Below, in pieces: positions 25,105-38,205 of a DNA stretch of 53,695 bases. The stretch lies in NCBI RefSeq assembly GCF_001194135.2, contig NC_068983.1, forward strand, positions 117,591,103 through 117,644,797. The letters run 5' to 3'. Each line of letters starts with the position of its first letter. Position 1 is the first letter of the stretch. The position numbers and the translations under genes were made by a program. The DNA is from Octopus bimaculoides (taxonomy: Eukaryota). A model generated the notes under the pieces. The model ran no database searches. It was not told the origin of the DNA and worked only from the letters and a program-made list of their open reading frames with translations.

Positions 25105-28100
25105 CGACTCCGAGAGAAGGAAATGAAGAAAGAAATATAAAGAGAAAGAGAGGATGATAGAGACAGCTCCAGTTCCTGGCTGCTACTTTATTTACCGAGT
25201 TTAAAGAGGTGAAAGGCGGAATCAATCTCGGTGCAATTATCGTGAAGCACACTCTCCAATGTTTTAACGACTCTACCGATTCAGTTCCTTCTCAAGATCG
25301 ATTAAATCGACGAACAAACCCTGTTGAGAAGCCTTTGGACATTTGGCCATATTAGTTTATTAATCAGCTTAGTTAAATTCATTTTTAACCTCAAACTGAA
25401 ACTTGAATATCGTAACTAATGTGAAAATAAGCATTCCCCACGAAAACACCTTTTATTCAAATAATCCCAATCCCAGAAAAAAACAAGCAAAGAAAACGTG
25501 GCAGGAGTTAAATCACATTATACGGTCACTCTGTCTGCTTGAAATAGAAACCAAATCAATCCTAAAGCACACTTTAGGGCCTTTCGATCGACACATTGAA
25601 TAATGTCCCTGAACATACTGAATGAGGAAAATACAGGTTGGTTACGGTTAGAATCCTTTATGTTATGCATCTACGCAGGTTAAAGTACACAAAAATTGAA
25701 CATACAGTCATCAAGATTCGGAACTATCAAAAAATATGAGTTGATAAGATTGTTAAAAAAAGGCCCAAGAACTCTAAAGTTTCGGGGAAAATATTGGCAA
25801 TATCATACAATGCCTTTCTCTGACCACTAAAAGTTATACATGTATAATTTCTGTATTAAGGTTCTATTAGGATTTTATGCAACTAGTTGCCTAATTTGTC
25901 AGGATTGAAGCGAAATACGTCGTTATTGTTGTTTAGCACTAGGTTGCCCTGGTTACTGGACCTTTGACCAAGAGTGCCAGAACTGTCTTTTTATGAGTAT
26001 TTAGAATTATGTTATCTAATGTCTCTTCCACTCTTCATCGCAGTGCATTTTGTTAAGAGTGAGATTTATTCCTGTTTTTCGTAGATGAGTACCATGCAGA
26101 AACTTCAGTAACTTTGAAGAATGTCAGTATTTGTACTTAGTTGGGATTTTTTTTTGACAAAACGATAGTTGAAAACATGAACGTGAAAAACTGAACGCAA
26201 ACACAATCACACAAATAATCACATAACCAAGCTCTTGCATTACAATTGATATAGAAATTAGTGATGTGACAAAAAACTGTTGAATTCTGAAATAATGTCC
26301 TGGATCACTTAGATATACCATTACATTGTGAGTTCAAATACTGCTAAGTTGAATTTATTTTTCACCCTTTCCCAAAGTCTGTACCACAAATACATTGACA
26401 TCGATGTAATCGATAATACTTCATATCCCTTGAATGACTTTTGATTTTTAATGTACACAGAAATTTAAATCTTGGAAGAGTGTACTCTGAGAAATCGACC
26501 CCAGTATTTGGCTGTTTTTCATTTACGTATATTAATGTTCTCGAAGAGAGAAATAGCAACTTTGATCGCTGTTGTTTCAGCTCCCCACCACTTTGGTCTT
26601 GAGTAAATAATAGAAACAAGTACAAATCATACAAATTAAGGATAATCGAAGAAACCTATGTTCAAATTCTATCCCGTTTTCCTATTTAAAACGTAGTATA
26701 TCCCATGTAGTTTGTCTTGCTTAAGACAGGAGGATGTGATTTGAAGGAGATTTGACTGATATTTCTAACGCTTTCAACGACCACCAAAAGACCATGTCAC
26801 AGGTTCCTTCAAAATAGAATTAATGGTAGTGTCGAACAGAATCCGTAAAATACTGGTCGAAATGTTTTGCAGTATTGCGTTATGTGAATTTACGTTTTTA
26901 TTTCAAATCTCATTCTAATGACTGTTTTCTTTTTTTTATCTTTCCGTGATCAATAAAATAAATATCAGTTAAATGTACAGCGATCGATTTATTCGAATAT
27001 ACTCTCCAACTAAATTTCCTATTTTGTAGCCATGCTATGAGTCATTGTAAGTTGAATGACAATATATTCATGTCGTTGCCTAAGTAACGAGGATATTACC
27101 GATAAAAATAATATTGATAGCAAAGACAAACTTATGTATAACACATGCCTGTCTGCGGATATATACAATAATGTATTTTTAAATGCAGTCTGTGCTGAAC
27201 TGCATTGCAAATTATGTGTTCACAGCAGGCAAGCAATCTGTAAATGTAATCTGTAAATTGATTTTCAAAACAAATATTCACTTTTCATATTACGTTTACA
27301 TTGTAGACAAACTTAAAATTACTATCGGCTACTTGTACACATAATTTAAATACGCCTGAATGCAGCATTTAAATATAAAAACACTTACATTTAAGAATGA
27401 ATGAAAAAGTACCAGTCAAGTATTGAGGGCGATATATTTGTTTATATCCCTCAACCAAATTTGAAGCCTTGTGCCCCCGTAAGAAATCTATCTACCTGTA
27501 TGCATGCATATTCACATTAGACTTCTACTGTCAACCCGTATTTGTTTTGACGTATGTTATAATTATTTGTTGGCGTGTTGAAGTAAACGTCATTATTCTC
27601 ACGGTTAATTCAATAAGATCAACCCCGTATAAAATTTCAAAGAGTAAAGTGATAATTACGTAGGACATATTTATGTTGCTGAACTGTGGAATAAGCTTAA
27701 ATTATTCAGTCTGTACAATTCTTGATTTTCCTAATTTTCTTAATTCAGATTAATGGCAGTCGGTTAATATCCAAGATATTTGTACGTTTTGGCTTCGTTT
27801 ATTGTAGTGTCTTCTCGAGAACATACTGACTTCGTTTACTTACCTCTTATTTGATGTATTATCGCTTCTGGAAATACATCAGAATGCTTACTAAGTTTAC
27901 TGTATTAAAAATGTCAGCAACTTTCAGAACTGGACTTTTTCTCACCATAATGCTTTCAGCATTCTTTCTATAGAAACCTGTTTATTGATTTTCAGAAAGT
28001 ATTATGGTATCTTTACATTTCATAGAGACATTTATATCAGAATTTGGTAGTGTAGCACTTGGTTTAGTTTGTCGGAATACTAGTTAGATTTTTGTTATTT

Positions 28101-28668
28101 GTTTTGAAACCATGATGAAGACATTTTAGGTTAGCTAGTATATTTCTTCATGTCGTAAAGAGGCATCTTAGATTAAGGCTGCTGTATATTCGATGAGAAG
28201 TATTGTATTAGTGCAGGCACCGCTTTGTGATTAAGAGTTTACTTCAAGCTACATGATTTCTGGTTCAACCGCACTACAAAACAATTTGGATGCTCGTTCC
28301 CTGCCATAGCTTTATGTCGATGAAAGTCATGTAAATGAAATTTAGTAACACATGCAGTGCAGGACCGTTCAAAGAGACGATTGGGTAGTAGACCTAAACA
28401 ATTGCCCGGTTTAACACCGTCACCTGATCGTTGTATGCCTTTAGCTGAATTTTGCTATCAAGCAAAACATTGGTTTAGATTTCTGGTCTGAGGACAACAA
28501 ATGTCCTTCCTTCGTTGGTGCAGCCATTCTTACTTGCCTAACGTTATACATACAGATGAAGATTTTATTTTTGCTTCAGTATAAGATTTATAATTCGAGA
28601 ATATGTCAATTTTGGTTATAATATATTGCTACCACCTTTATTCAAACATTTACTTGGGAAATTGAATG

Positions 28669-28700
28669 TATTGGGTTGGCAACTAAGTTCCCGCCGCTTT
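28669..28700 (+). mobile_element. Solitary mariner-type terminal inverted repeat after TA
   Basis: TA-ttgggttggcaactaagttc resembles mariner ITR starts (TA-TTGGGTTGGC / TA-TTAGGTTGGT). No partner ITR was found nearby. Confidence 0.45.
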
Positions 28701-29116
28701 TTAAATTTTGGAATTTATTGCGTTTTTAAATTTTGGAATCTATTTTTTTCGAAAAATCTATTTTTAAATCATTTTGGAATCTACCCTGTGGTAACTTGAG
28801 CTACTAGAAATAGCTGCCAGATCTCTCTTAAAACACACCCTTTCATCAAAAGAAAGTCACAGAATTACAGCATTTGAAGGAGAGAAAAGTATGCGATTGA
28901 TCTGCTACATCAGAGGCAACTCTGGAATAAACAAAACACAAACAAACATACTTTAAAAAAGAAACAAACATTAAAAGATTATCTACTGAATAATACTAAT
29001 AAAGTTGACGGTATAACTTCGAAGTTTCATTCCCTGACAAAACCCCATGTATTTTAAACATTTCCTCATTATACTCTAAGNNNNNNNNNNNNNNNNNNNN
29101 NNNNNNNNNNNNNNNN

Positions 29117-29171
<55 letters not shown>

Positions 29172-29564
29172 CTCTTTTATGTAGTCAAGCACGATTGCAG
29201 ACTATTACAGAATTTACAGGAAATGAATATAAACAAACGCAATTTTTTCTATTTCTCTCTCTCTCTCCCCTCTTCCCCCTCCATTTTCTCTTTTCCTCTT
29301 TTCCTTTCTCTCTCACCCCTCTCACTCTTTCCTCTATCACTTTCTCCCCCCCCCTCTCTCAACAGTGTGGAATTAAATATTAATGAAAATAACAAGTGTT
29401 GCAAGTAAAATATGTGTGCGTGCAAATGTGTGCTTATTGAAGAATGCAAGTATTTGTTTGTATGTATGTGTATATGTATGCATATATGTAAGTAGAAGAT
29501 GAACATTTAAAGTAAGAGAATCACATTTATCATTTCTTATATCATTCATAATTAGATAGACGAC

Positions 29565-29580
29565 AGACAGACAGACAGAC

Positions 29581-29652
<72 letters not shown>
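29565..29652. repeat. (GACA)/(GATA)n microsatellite
   Basis: Direct reading. Similar (GATA)n tracts occur at 31333-31399 and 34757-34806. Confidence 0.95.
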
Positions 29653-29978
29653 GTTTAAATCCGAAAGACGAAATCCCATTCAAGTGTTGGTTTATTCAAG
29701 AAATCATTTTTTAACATTCTCAATTGAGACTATTTTGGGGTTATGAGGACTTAGGGCAATTTCTCAGAAATTGTAAAATATAAAAATATTCTCATTTCCT
29801 GGGTGTTTTTCTGTTTTTGTTTTTTTTTTTTTCGTTGTCAANNNNNNNNNNNNNNNNNNNNNNNNNNNNNNNNNNNNNNNNNNNNNNNNNNNNNNNNNNN
29901 NNNNNNNNNNNNCAACACTGTGGATAAAAATAACGATGAACGTAACTAAATTGTTTATGTCGAAAGAAAAACTGAGTG

Positions 29979-30032
<54 letters not shown>

Positions 30033-30910
30033 ATGTATAATTCTGTTTAATGACGTAATAGGTCCGTACAACAAGTGCTCGAGTTGGTTTGCCACTAAAA
30101 CTCCAACTTGGAACTGCAACTAAAACAAAGCGGTGCTGTAGCTGCTTTTCAAAGATGACTAGAAGTAGTTCATCATTGAGCGGATATTAGAAAGAGAGAA
30201 TGAACAAGCAAAACATGAGGTATCACTTTCGAGCATGCAATTTATATTGCAAATATAATTTCAGAGTAGTTAAAGTAAATAACAGATTAAGAAATAATGC
30301 GTAAAGTCTTTTTGTTTGTAGAATTGCTGAGCGTGTGAAACATATGTCATTCAGCAAACAGTTCCATATAAAACAACTATTCCATCTTTGGCGAGAAAAA
30401 AATTAAGGAATATCCTTAATAAAGGATCTTAGTAGCTACCATTTCATCGCAGAATTAAGGAACAACGTTAGTGAAACATGATAGAGGTTAGCAATTCAAT
30501 GATCGTACGATTAAGGAAATCTCTGGATAATAGCAGTTAGCAGATCCATTGATGAAGAATCAAAGAATATCCTTAGTAAAAGACAATAGTAGTTACTAGT
30601 TCCATCTTTGAAGTGAATGTGAGGTAGATGATGAGCAGAAGGAATGATATAGTTGTAAATATATGAGAGTAGATAGTGGCAAACCGGTACAGTGAGGGCG
30701 TATATATAACTTTAACGTAGTGAATCTAACATGATGTGTTGTGGGGAAGGAGTTAAACTTCAACTGGTTATAATGGTCATATATAGAAGTATAGAAATGT
30801 AATGTTACAGGAATGTGCAACTTCATTTACTGATATCCTTTACCACATGCTTGGCTTGATCATTCTCTCTTTCTGTGTGTGTGTGTGTGAACGCGCACGT
30901 AAAATAATAA

Positions 30911-31170
30911 TCTTTTCTACTCTAGACACAAGGCCCGAAATTTTGGGGGACGGGGCCAGTCGAGTAGATGGACCTAGCACGTAAGTGGTACTTAATTTAT
31001 CGACCCCGAAAGGATGAAAGGCAAAGTCGACCTCAGCGGAATTTGAACACAGAACATAAAGACAGACAAAATACTGCTAAGCATTTCGNNNNNNNNNNGC
31101 GGAATTTGAACACAGAACATAAAGACAGACAAAATACTGCTAAGCATTTCGCCCGGCGTGCTAACGTTTC
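30911..31170 (-). mobile_element. SINE (11133 family, same tail type), split by a 10-N gap
   Basis: High similarity to 11133-11344, including the tcttttctactctag.cacaaggcccgaaattt tail. Confidence 0.9.
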
Positions 31171-31318
31171 TTATTTCTTTATTGTCCACAGGGGGCTAAA
31201 CATAGAGAGGACAAACAAGAATAGAGAAAGGGATTAAGTCGATTACATCGACCCCAATGCGTAACGGGTACTTAATTTATCGACCCCGAAAGGATGAAAG
31301 GCAAAGTTGACCTCGGCG
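31171..31318 (-). mobile_element. 5'-truncated SINE with the same core but a different 3' tail
   Basis: Core gtacttaatttatcgaccccgaaaggatgaaaggcaaag is nearly identical to 30987-31026, but the tail is ttatttctttattgtccacagggggctaaacatagagagg. Confidence 0.85.
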
Positions 31319-31330
31319 ATCAATGATATT

Positions 31331-31401
<71 letters not shown>

Positions 31402-31804
31402 CGACAATTAACACTTTAGTGAGTATAAAGTAACCAAGGGAGGTAAGTCCAACAACGTCAAAGTTGTCTCCCTTTAGGGAACGGGCAGACAGATGGATGC
31501 ACACTGCCAATTTTTACCCGATTTAGTCAGTAGCTATCCGATTTAGTCCGGACTATCTGGACATTTTTGGTAATGCTGTTTGCTTTATTCTTTTGCCACG
31601 GATTTGGATTTCAACAAGACGTTAAAATATTTCAGTGTCCTTCATCATATATTTATATTAATTTATCTGCAAATCAGAGAATTCGTAATGGTAGTACAAC
31701 GCCTGACCGTACGTTGTACAGTATTTAGTGCTGTACTTTTATGTCGTTTGTGTGAGCTTAATCCTCCCGTACATACACTAAACTTATCACTTGTACACAT
31801 CGCG

Positions 31805-31836
<32 letters not shown>

Positions 31837-32138
31837 TTTTTTTTTTGTTTTGTTTTTTCCACCGAGTCAAGCATGATGCTTTTACCTTGCTGCTTCAACT
31901 GGTACAAATAGCAGTTAAAGCCACGAACATAAACAACCGTATTAAAAAGAAAGAACATACTGGATAATATATTGCTCATTACATTATTCCTGATGTGGAG
32001 TAGTATGGCATGGTTATGGCTACAATGCTTTATGGGGGCCGACTTGGAATTAAGCAGCAGTAATAAGTCTTGCATCCAACATCAGAAAATCCATAATAAT
32101 ATTCGTAGTCATTTTTATATAGGTTTATTGTTCCAGTT

Positions 32139-32605
32139 ATTCGTATGACCTGCATATTTTGTATTGAGAATATATTGGTAATTTCATCAGCTGGTGTTTT
32201 ACAGTCATATTAGTCTATTAATATGGGAAAACTGTAAAATAAAAGTATTTCTATGAGATCAAACTTCATTCGTTTTTCTTGACCTTTACGAATCCAAATT
32301 ACTATTCCAGTGCTAATTTAAATTTTTATTATATATTTTATTTGTTCTTGGATTATTTTATCTTATGCTACAATAATCCAAGAACAAATAAAATATATAA
32401 TGAACATGCTCTGTAATAAAAATTTTAATTAGCACTGGAATAGTAATTTGGATTCGTAAAGGCCAAGTAAAACGAATAAAGTTTGATCTCAAAGAAATAC
32501 TTTTATTTTACAGTTTTCCCTTGTTAATAGACTAAAATGACTGAAAACATCAGCTGATGAAATTACCAATATATTCTCAGTACAAAATATGTAGGTCATA
32601 CGAAT
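32139..32605. repeat. Long foldback palindrome (~219-bp arms, 14-nt loop)
   Basis: 32139-32357 is the reverse complement of 32372-32605, with about a dozen mismatches plus a 16-nt insertion in the right arm. Confidence 0.95.
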
Positions 32606-33151
32606 GACATTCATAGCTTCATTGTGTCGCAAAGCAGCGAGTCCAGGTGCCATCGAGGTTACCTTTACCTGTCATCCTCTGGGTTCGACCAAATAAAATG
32701 TCAGTCAAATACTGGAGTCGACAGTATTCACAGTTGTTCCTCAACTCAAAATTGCTGGTCTTGTGCTAAGTCAAAAATCTATGGCTTCTGTATGTAGAAA
32801 TCTGCTATTTCTCGTATGGTATCACACTTTTGATATTTATAGCGAAACCTGATGCATTCTGAGAGTGGGAGTTCTTTTGATTTCTGTCCTTCTGAGAGAA
32901 CATTTACTCGAACACCTTCCAACATTTACCAACACCATACTAATATTGGTTCCAATTATAGATCACGGGTTGATAACGAAATGCCTGAGAAATCATTGTG
33001 TGAAAATGTACTAAGATTTTAAGCCTGAGGGTGTGTGTGCGTGTGTGCGTGTATGTGTGTGTGTATACATATATATACATATATGTATATGTTAGTATGT
33101 ATGTGTCTGTGTGTCTGTGTTTGTTCCCTCCCACGCACACACACACACACA

Positions 33152-33330
33152 CATCATCGCTTGACAGCCGATGTTGCTGTGTTTACGTCCACGTAACATA
33201 GCAATAGACCAATAGAATAAGTACTAGTTTCCCAAAGAGTAAGTTCCGGGATCGATTTCTCGACTAAAGGCGATTCTCCAGCATGGCCGCAAACAGATTA
33301 CTGAAACGAGTGAAGAATAAAAGAATAAAA
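33152..33330 (+). mobile_element. SINE 3' tail fragment of a third type
   Basis: gtttacgtcc.cgtaac...gaataagtactag...gatcgatttctcgactaaaggcg.ttctccagcatggccgca...ctgaaac with a (gaataaaa)n end. The family assignment is from recalled octopus repeats. Confidence 0.6.
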
Positions 33331-33348
33331 GAAAAAGAATATTTCTCC

Positions 33349-33614
33349 ACTGTCCTGTTTTTGTTCCCAACTTTGACTGTCCGCAAATTCTAAATTTTAT
33401 TTTAGAATTTATGGGAGCAACTGCCGTTGAGGACTCGTATTGTCGCTGAATGCTCGAAATGAGGAGTAGATAGACAGTCAACAACTGATGCACGGTGTTC
33501 TTTCCGTGTTTACTTGTCCTGTTTTCCATTTTTCCCTCGTTGTTTACGTATTTAACTCGTTTGTCTACGTATTTCATGCTGTTTGCACAGTTGGTGACGT
33601 CCTGTATCCACATA

Positions 33615-33618
<4 letters not shown>
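33349..33618 (+). repeat. Dispersed copy of the unclassified repeat arrayed at 51775-53357
   Basis: Shares ttatgggagcaactg, attgtcg.t.aatgctcgaaatgaggagtagatagacag, ttacttgtcctgttt and ttggtgacgtcctgta with the 52120-52400 and 52965-53225 segments. Confidence 0.9.
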
Positions 33619-33652
<34 letters not shown>

Positions 33653-34757
33653 NNNNNNNNNNNNNNNNNNNNNNNNNNNNNNNNNNNNNNNNNNNNNNNN
33701 NNNNNNNNNNATATATAAATAATAATAATAAAGGAAAATGTGTTGTTGAAAATGCACCTAAATTTCAAAAACACGTAAATGTTTAAAATGAATTTATTTA
33801 CATATATACCAAACCAGCTTCAGCAATATTTTTTGTTTATCAATGGTAAAAGTTTAAAATTAGGAAAACATCTTTAAAAGTTTTAATGTTGACAAATTAC
33901 AATGTTTCAATGATGACAAACTAAAATGTTTCAATGTTGATAAATTAACATGTTCAAGAAAGAAGGTGTAAGTTTAAATGTTTATAGCAGTCAATAAAAT
34001 TAAAACTGTATATCAATTTGTTTGAATGTACAAAGTTCATTAATTTTAGTGGTGGTCGACAAGTCATACAGAAAAAAAACAAGTTTGAAATGAAAATAAT
34101 AAAAAAATGGGAATTTGGTTTACAGTTTCTCTGACCCTTTTCTAATAGACGCTTTTGCTTGTAGTGGTATGTTTTGGGATCAGATGAATTTACAATTTTT
34201 TCCGCGAGCGGATCAGTTTTCTGATTAGTTAAAATACTGGTGAAGTTTTTTCCGTGGTCAAGCTTGTCGTTCTGCTTGGTTGGTTTCCTTGTGGATACGG
34301 TCAAAAGTCGTTTCCGGCTGGTTGTTTCTCTTAAAGGGTCATTTCATTGTATTCGCTAAAGTCCGGTTTTGATTGGTCTTGAGTTGGGTGACGTCAGTAA
34401 CTGGTGTTTGTATGGTGATTTAGAGCTGCGGTTTCGGAACCAGGGTGGAAGATTGTTACTGTTTTTTTTTTTTTTTTGCTGTTCCTGGTTGTTGTTTTTT
34501 TGTGTTTAAATTGAGTCTTTTTTCTTTTCTTTTTACTGCTTTTTCTTCTTTCTAAAAGATATTCAGCTGTGGTTTATATTTTTTAATCACTATGTTTTCC
34601 TTATTTAAACGGAATTGGGTTGAAGTGTTTCCAGTGCATTGATAAAGAAGGAAGATTTGCTATTTAAGGTTTATGTGCTTGCTTACGGGAATTCTCCTAG
34701 TGGTGGGGTCCCGGATTTGTTGCCTGTGCACCGTAAGTCTATCCCTCAAAGTTATGT

Positions 34758-34806
<49 letters not shown>

Positions 34807-37800
34807 AAATTTCACGTTTTCTTTTCTGAATGAACGAGACTTCGTTATAACAGAACTGAATATTGAAACAAAGTTTCTTGTTGGTTACTGTATTCGGTAT
34901 TTCCCGCTTAAATTTTCTACCGCATCATATGCAACTATTGTTTCTATATTAGGGTACGTAAGAGAAAGCTATCAATCAGTTACATATATTCAGCTTTCTA
35001 TATTTTGAATGGATTGTACTACATCATATAATTTCTTAAAATTTTTCTTTCTCTAGATGATTCAGTACACTTTCATTGATTCTTTTACTGATTCTGTTCA
35101 CGTAAGCGTACACCAATATTATTAGGTATAAACAAAAGACTATAGAAAGAGGAAATTGAGGAGAAAAGAAAAGCATTATGGCAAAATCATTGTTCCATCA
35201 ACTATTAATACAAAAATTAAACAATGTGAGAAAATGAATTTGAAGTGAGTGGAATGCTTCTCGCCTGAGATGCATATGAAATTATGAAAAACCGAAAAAA
35301 ATGTAAAAATGTGTCACTGTCCCTCACCATTCTTCTAAACCATTGTCCAGTAAAAGGTGTGGAAGTTATTTGATTACTTGAAACTAGATGCTGGTGGAGG
35401 CAATCGAACTATTGCTACTTTGTGGAAGACTACAAAGTTCAAGAAATTATCCAATCTCCATAGTATTCGGACAACAATGGATTTAGCAAGTACCGCCATC
35501 AGAACTTCAAACACAATTAAAAGGCATTATAGAAAAAAGCAAATGTCCATTAAATCTAGTTTTCAATGTAAACACATGTGGGCTATTTTGAAAACATTAA
35601 ACAAAGCAGTAGAAATCATTGTTCTTAAGAAGAAACGCCACTAGAGGTCTGAAAGTTAAGCTAATGCATATTTATCATTCTGATACTCCAAAAGCAATAA
35701 CAGATGACTTCAAATATTATGTTCTTGTTAAGTAGAAATCTGAGAGGAAAGCTTCGTTATATATATGAATCGTTTACCTATTGGTTCACTGAATTTTTCT
35801 GTCCTGCTGTCAAAATTGCTGTGAGAATAATTTCGAGCCCAAAGCACTTCTGAATTCCGATAACGCCCTTTGTTATCCTTTATATCCCGATTAACCCCTA
35901 ACATGCACAACTATTGAAGTTTTTTTCCATTCCACTAAATATAACTTCTCTATTACAGTCTATGGATCGGGGTTTAGCTCCATTTTTGATGCATATTATC
36001 TAAGGAGGTTAGATCTGTTGATTAAAGCGATTGAGTAACAGTAGTCCGTTAAAGGATTCTTGAAATTATTACATTATGCAAGCAATAAGTATTAAAGATG
36101 CATGAGAAATAGTTAAACACACATATCTCATTGGGGCTGGAAAAATTGTATCCAAATGTAGTAAAAGAAATCATAGGACACAGGGTGAAATCGTCTCGGT
36201 TAACGAAGCCTTGTACAAAATATACAGAAAATGGGATTTCAAATAGTTAATGCAAATAATATACAGAATTTATCACATGCTGATAATGACGCTCTCGTTT
36301 GTGAACACTTCAAGATGTTAGCAGAACTGCCATATCTTCCAGTTCAGAGACCAAAGAAGAAACTCTTTCACAACCAGATTTAACAAAAGAAATCTTGGTA
36401 AATTTACCCGTACTTTAGAGCTACATGCAATTTTTTTAATTATGCAGGAAATTTGAAATATCTGAAGTGGGAGTACTGAACAGGGAGATCCAGTAGTTTG
36501 TACGATATCAAAGTAGTCTATCCTGGATGATATTTTTATGAAAATAAAAAATTACTCTTTAGTTTCATATCTTTTATTATTTTTTATTGTTTTTGCTGCA
36601 TACATCAAAGAGGTGCATATAAATTTNNNNNNNNNNNNNNNNNNNNNNNNNNNNNNNNNNNNNNNNNNNNNNNNNNNNNNNNNNNNNNNNNNNNNNNNNN
36701 NNNNNNNNNNNNNNNNNNNNNNNNNNNNNNNNNNNNNNNNNNNNNNNNNNNNNNNNNNNNNNNNNNNNNNNNNNNNNNNNNNNNNNNNNNNNNNNNNNNN
36801 NNNNNNNNNNNNNNNNNNNNNNNNNNNNNNNNNNNNNNNNNNNNNNNNNNNNNNNNNNNNNNNNNNNNNNNNNNNNNNNNNNNNNNNNNNNNNNNNNNNN
36901 NNNNNNNNNNNNNNNNNNNNNNNNNNNNNNNNNNNNNNNNNNNNNNNNNNNNNNNNNNNNNNNNNNNNNNNNNNNNNNNNNNNNNNNNNNNNNNNNNNNN
37001 NNNNNNNNNNNNNNNNNNNNNNNNNNNNNNNNNNNNNNNNNNNNNNNNNNNNNNNNNNNNNNNNNNNNNNNNNNNNNNNNNNNNNNNNNNNNNNNNNNNN
37101 ATATATATATATATATATACTTACATTATATACATGTGTGTGTTTCTCTGTCTGTATGTATGCGTGAAGATATATATTTATGTATACACATACATACATA
37201 AATACATACATATAAACATACATACACACAGACATATATTTATGTATGAATGCACGTATGTACGTACGTATTTATGTATGTATGCATTGCATGCGTCAGA
37301 GAATGTTCGTGAATTAGCATTGTGACAATAAATGGAAGCAATGACCTCTTTGATGGTATCCTATTTCCAAGGTTTCCGCCAAAGTTTAATTATATATGTT
37401 ATCTTATATCAACTATAAACTCGCCGAAAGAAACCCATTGAAGTCAGTTAATGTCGGAACTAAAAAATCTTTAAACCGAAATATCTAGAAATCATAAAAC
37501 CGTCTTCTATAATAAAGACGAGGATTACTTGAGTGAGGATGTATGATTGTTGAAAGAGCAGCAATAGTAAATGACCCCAGCTAACGTCACTTAAGAAGTA
37601 TCCAGTGCATCACAAAATGGTGTATGAAGAAACTTTTCTCTGGAGTGACCAGCGACTACTAGAACCATTATGTTAACCATTAAGAACAGTGTGTAACTGC
37701 TAAGGAGATATTGGGCAATTTAAAGAGGAGATAACGAAGCAGTGTGGGTTAGCAGGGTCACATGAGGGAGAAAAACACTATAAGCTAGTGATCAAGTTAA

Positions 37801-38205
37801 GGAGAGTCCCGAGTGGGGAAGGATGGGTATCACATTAAGACAAAGCGGAAGATAATGGCGAATGGCAACAGAAAATCTATAATGGATATACTATATGTAC
37901 GTGAGAAAATTCGTAAGGAACCGCATTATGTAAAGCGTCACCAGACCAAGATAAAATGTATGCGGACGTTGCAAGTTCCACAATGCATAGGAACGAACTT
38001 AGTAAGACGCAGGAGGGGCTAGGCTCGAAGTCAAATCACTCTTCACGTAAATTGCAGTTGCCATATGCCCCACACCAACCAAGAGTAGCTGAACGGATGA
38101 AGTAGCCCCAAATAGTGACTGTAGTTTGATAAAAAATGTTGACTCCATCTTGGATGTAACAGCAAAGGCCGATCGTCGCCTACCATCGTCAGTCTAACAG
38201 CTGAG

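Noticed and set aside
27845-28075. Near-open minus frame ending at a strong ag|gtaagt donor
   Set aside because: It needs a stop read-through and a frameshift, and no recognisable domain results.
31036-31151. Perfect 53-bp direct repeat separated by 10 N
   Set aside because: Identical sequence on both sides of a tiny gap is the signature of an unmerged contig overlap, not a biological repeat or CRISPR.
33440-33520. Possible permuted hammerhead (gctcGAAA...CTGATG) in the dispersed/tandem repeat
   Set aside because: The core is incomplete in all three copies, and stems I-III could not be paired.
36270-38000. Possible ancient RTE-like LINE remnants around the gap
   Set aside because: Only scattered motif-like words with multiple frameshifts; not supportable without an alignment tool.
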